From assembly GCA_002269645.1 (NCBI GenBank), contig NIVC01002324.1:43222-107221 (forward strand): a DNA stretch of 64,000 nt, written 5' to 3'. This DNA comes from Macrostomum lignano (lineage: Eukaryota). Below the pieces are notes generated by a model. That model worked only from the letters and a program-made list of their open reading frames with translations. It was not told the origin of the DNA and searched no databases. The number at the start of each line of letters is the position of its first letter. Position 1 is the stretch's first letter. The position numbers and the translations under genes are program-made. Positions 60,895 through 64,000 of the stretch are shown here, piece by piece.

Positions 60895-61325
60895 TGGGAT
60901 TTGGTGTGGGATTGGTGTGGGACTGGTGTGGGATTGGTGTAGGACTGGTGTGGGACTGGTGTGGGATTGGTGTGGGATTGGTGTGGGACTGGTGTAGGAT
61001 AGGTGTGAGACTGGTGTGGGACTGGTGTGGATTGGTGTGGGACTGGTGTGGAACTGGTGTGGGATTGGTGTGGGATTGGTGTGGGATTGGTGTGGGACTG
61101 GTGTGGGACTGGTGTGGGATTGGTGTGGGATTGGTGTGGGACTGGTGTGGGACTGGTGTGGGACTGGTGTGGGATTGGTGTGGGACTGGTGTGGGATTGA
61201 TGTGAGATTGGTGTGGGATAGAACTGTGGCTAGTGTGGGATTGGGTGTGGGATAGAACTGTGGCTAGTGTGGGATTGGGTGTGGGATAGAATTGTGGCTA
61301 GTGTGGGATTGGGTATGGGATAGAA
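60895..61325. repeat. 11-bp GGTGTGGGA(T/C)T intronic repeat
   Basis: Lies in a SIN3 intron. Confidence 0.9.
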
Positions 61326-61388
61326 TTGTGGATCATCATATCAGCTTGGATGTGTTGAGCACTGCTCATAGTGGGCAAAGCCACTCAC

Positions 61389-61555
61389 TTGTACTCCTCC
61401 TCGGTGCCGCCTGTAGCTCTGAAAGAGCTCCACAGGCGAAGCAGTTGCTTGGCCGAATCGTCAGTGGCCATGATGTGCAGCTGGCGAACAGCCAGGGCCA
61501 CCAGCTTGTCCAGGGTGAACAGCTCGTAATGCTGCACACCGAGCAGCTCGCGCAC
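61389..61555 (-). CDS. SIN3: SIN3 exon (FTLDKL)
   Basis: cgcag|VRELLGVQHYELFTLDKLVALAVRQLHIMATDD...EEEY K|gtgagt; matches [32 protein letters not shown]. Confidence 0.88.
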
Positions 61556-61611
61556 CTGCGTGGGGAAGGCAGCGATTGAGATAATAAGCTGGACAGACTG
61601 ATACTAAGCTA

Positions 61612-61668
61612 AGGCAGACAGTCAGACAGCACAGACAGAGACAGACAGAGACAGACAGACAGACAGAC

Positions 61669-61720
<52 letters not shown>

Positions 61721-61772
61721 CGACAGGCAGACAGGCAGACAGACAGGCAGACAGGCAGACAGGCAGACAGGC

Positions 61773-61837
<65 letters not shown>

Positions 61838-61848
61838 CTAACAGACAG

Positions 61849-61882
<34 letters not shown>

Positions 61883-61901
61883 ACTAACAGACAGACAGAC
61901 G

Positions 61902-61962
<61 letters not shown>

Positions 61963-61963
61963 C

Positions 61964-62016
<53 letters not shown>

Positions 62017-62079
62017 GACAGACAGACAGACACTAAGACAGACACTAAGACAGACAGACAGACAGACACTAACAGACAG

Positions 62080-62113
<34 letters not shown>
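61612..62113. repeat. (GACA)n microsatellite
   Basis: Lies in a SIN3 intron and supplies the GT donor. Confidence 0.95.
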
Positions 62114-62888
62114 CTGGTCCTCAAACACAGCCGAGTCCACGGCGCCGTCCATCAGGGACACCAGCTGGTGCATGAAGTGCTCGTACAGCCGGTCCGGTCG
62201 CACAGCCGGCGGCTGCCGCAGCCGCAGCGCCACGGCGGTGCTGTCCGATCCGGTGGAGTCGCCGGAAGTTGCAGCGGCGGCGGCGGCATCGCAGGCGGAT
62301 TTGGCGGCGGCCAGGCGCTTGCACAGCAGCTGGTACAGCCGCAGCAGGGCGTAGATGTTGTTGTTGCCGATCAGAGCCGGAGCGGCGGCTGCAGACGCGC
62401 TGTCAACGTCGGGATCCTCGCCGGTCGCTGCCCTCGTCGTCGCTCAACGGCAGCCGAGTCTCCAGCAGGAGGTCGCGAAGCCATCGACGAAGAAGCCGCT
62501 TGACGGCGGATTTCTCGTCTTTAGCGTAGCTCTGCGCTTGACGTGGTGAATGAGCAGGTCGAAGCCGTCTTTGCGGACGGTCGGGTCGGCCGGCATGGGC
62601 AGCTGGAGCTGGCCGCAGGCGCCGCTGCCAGACCGGCCGGCGATCTCCGTGACCAGCGCCCTGGTGCGCAGCTGTTTCTGGTCCGTCTGCTTGAAGTTGG
62701 CGCTCTGATGGTCGAGGTTTTTTAAATAGCATCGCTCGGTCTGTTCGCGCCACACTCGATTAAATGCTTTCTGCGCGTCGCGCCATTCTTCTTGTTTGGC
62801 GCGCAGGCGCTTCAGTATGAGCGGCGCCGCCACTGCCGGGCTGTCCTGCAGACCCTGGATGATGCCCTGGGCGCGTTCGCCATAGATT
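62114..62888 (-). CDS. SIN3: SIN3 exon (end of the HDAC-interaction region and start of Sin3a_C; two compensating apparent frameshifts). Upstream exons lie outside the window
   Basis: [127 protein letters not shown] all align with SIN3A by eye. Confidence 0.88.
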
Positions 62889-62984
62889 CTGCAATTGCAA
62901 TGCAGCGGTAGTATTAGAAGGATGAGGCAATATATAGCCAATGAATTGCAGGTTAAGCTTGTGGGTGGATATAGACAGGGATGG

Positions 62985-63810
62985 ATACATCGAAGGGGCG
63001 GATGCATCGAAGGGTCGGATGCATCGAAGGGCGGATACATCGAAGGGGCGGATAATACAGGGGCGGATGCATCGAAGGGGCGGATGCATCGAAGGGGCGG
63101 ATGCATGGAAGGGGCGGATGCATGGAAGGGGCGGATGCATGGAAGGGCGGATGCATCGAAGGGGCGGATGCATCTAGGGGCGGATGCATCTAGGGGCGGA
63201 TGCATGGAAGGGGCGGATGCATCGAAGGGGCGGATACATACAGGGGCGGATGCATCTAGGGGCGGATGCATCTAGGGGCGGATTCATGAAGGGGCGGGTG
63301 CATTTAGGGGCGGATTTATGAAGGGGTGGATGCATCTAGGGCGGATTTATGAAGGGTGGATGCATCTAGGGACGGATGCTTGAAGGGACGGATGCTTGAA
63401 GGGGCGGATGCATCTAGGGGCGGATGCTTGAAGGGACGGATGCATGAAGAGGCGGATCCATGAAGGGGCGGATGCATCGAGGGGGCGGATAATACAGGGG
63501 CGGATGCATCGAAGGGGCGGATGCATCGAAGGGGCGGATGCATGGAAGGTGCGGATGCATGGAAGGGGCGGATGCATGGAAGGGGCGGATGCATCGAAGG
63601 GGCGGATACATACAGGGGCGGATGCATCTAGGGGCGGATTCATGAAGGGGCGGGTGCATTTAGGGGCGGATTTATGAAGGGGTGGATGCATCTAGGGACG
63701 GATGCTTGAAGGGACGGATGCTTGAAGGGGCGGATGCATCTAGGGGCGGATGCTTGAAGGGACGGATGCATGAAGAGGCGAATCCATGAAGGGGCGGATG
63801 CATCGAGGGG
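62985..63810. repeat. 17-bp GGATGCATCGAAGGGGC intronic minisatellite
   Basis: Lies upstream of the 62888 acceptor. Confidence 0.93.
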
Positions 63811-64000
63811 GATGCATATAAAGGACAATACGGATTTTTAGGACGTGTCTCGTGAAGGCAGATATACGCAGAGGGCCGGAAATAGGGAGCAGACGGGGGA
63901 CATAAATGAATGGAGGCGAATAAAATTTTGAATTTCGAAAAGATATTCTTGTTTCTAGGGCGCTAAAAGTACCACAAGTGGCTGACTGTGTCAGAATCAG

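Overview
Eukaryotic (metazoan) genomic DNA. The GC-rich exons, minisatellite-filled introns and RTE/Penelope/SINE content suggest a flatworm such as Macrostomum; this is inference only. The left 24 kb holds a cluster of four intact, intronless paralogous genes plus two decayed copies. Each intact gene encodes a small secreted pre-pro-peptide: signal peptide, acidic pro-region ending in [E/Q]-[E/Q/A]-K, an extremely Arg/aromatic-rich cationic C-terminal peptide, and a terminal Gly (amidation signal). They share a TATA box about 93-101 nt upstream of the ATG, and the minus-strand copies share an AAAACGTG motif upstream of it. This looks like an undescribed antimicrobial or secreted cationic peptide family evolving by birth-and-death, interleaved with LINE, SINE, MITE, Penelope (with hammerhead ribozyme), mariner and RTE remnants. 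To the right lie a single-exon class A GPCR, a 3-exon MAF1, about 12 kb of satellite (30-mer and 15-mer arrays), a 4-finger C2H2 zinc-finger gene, and the 3' exons of a SIN3 co-repressor gene that carries several apparent frameshifts. All coordinates, counts and homologies were derived by eye without tools.
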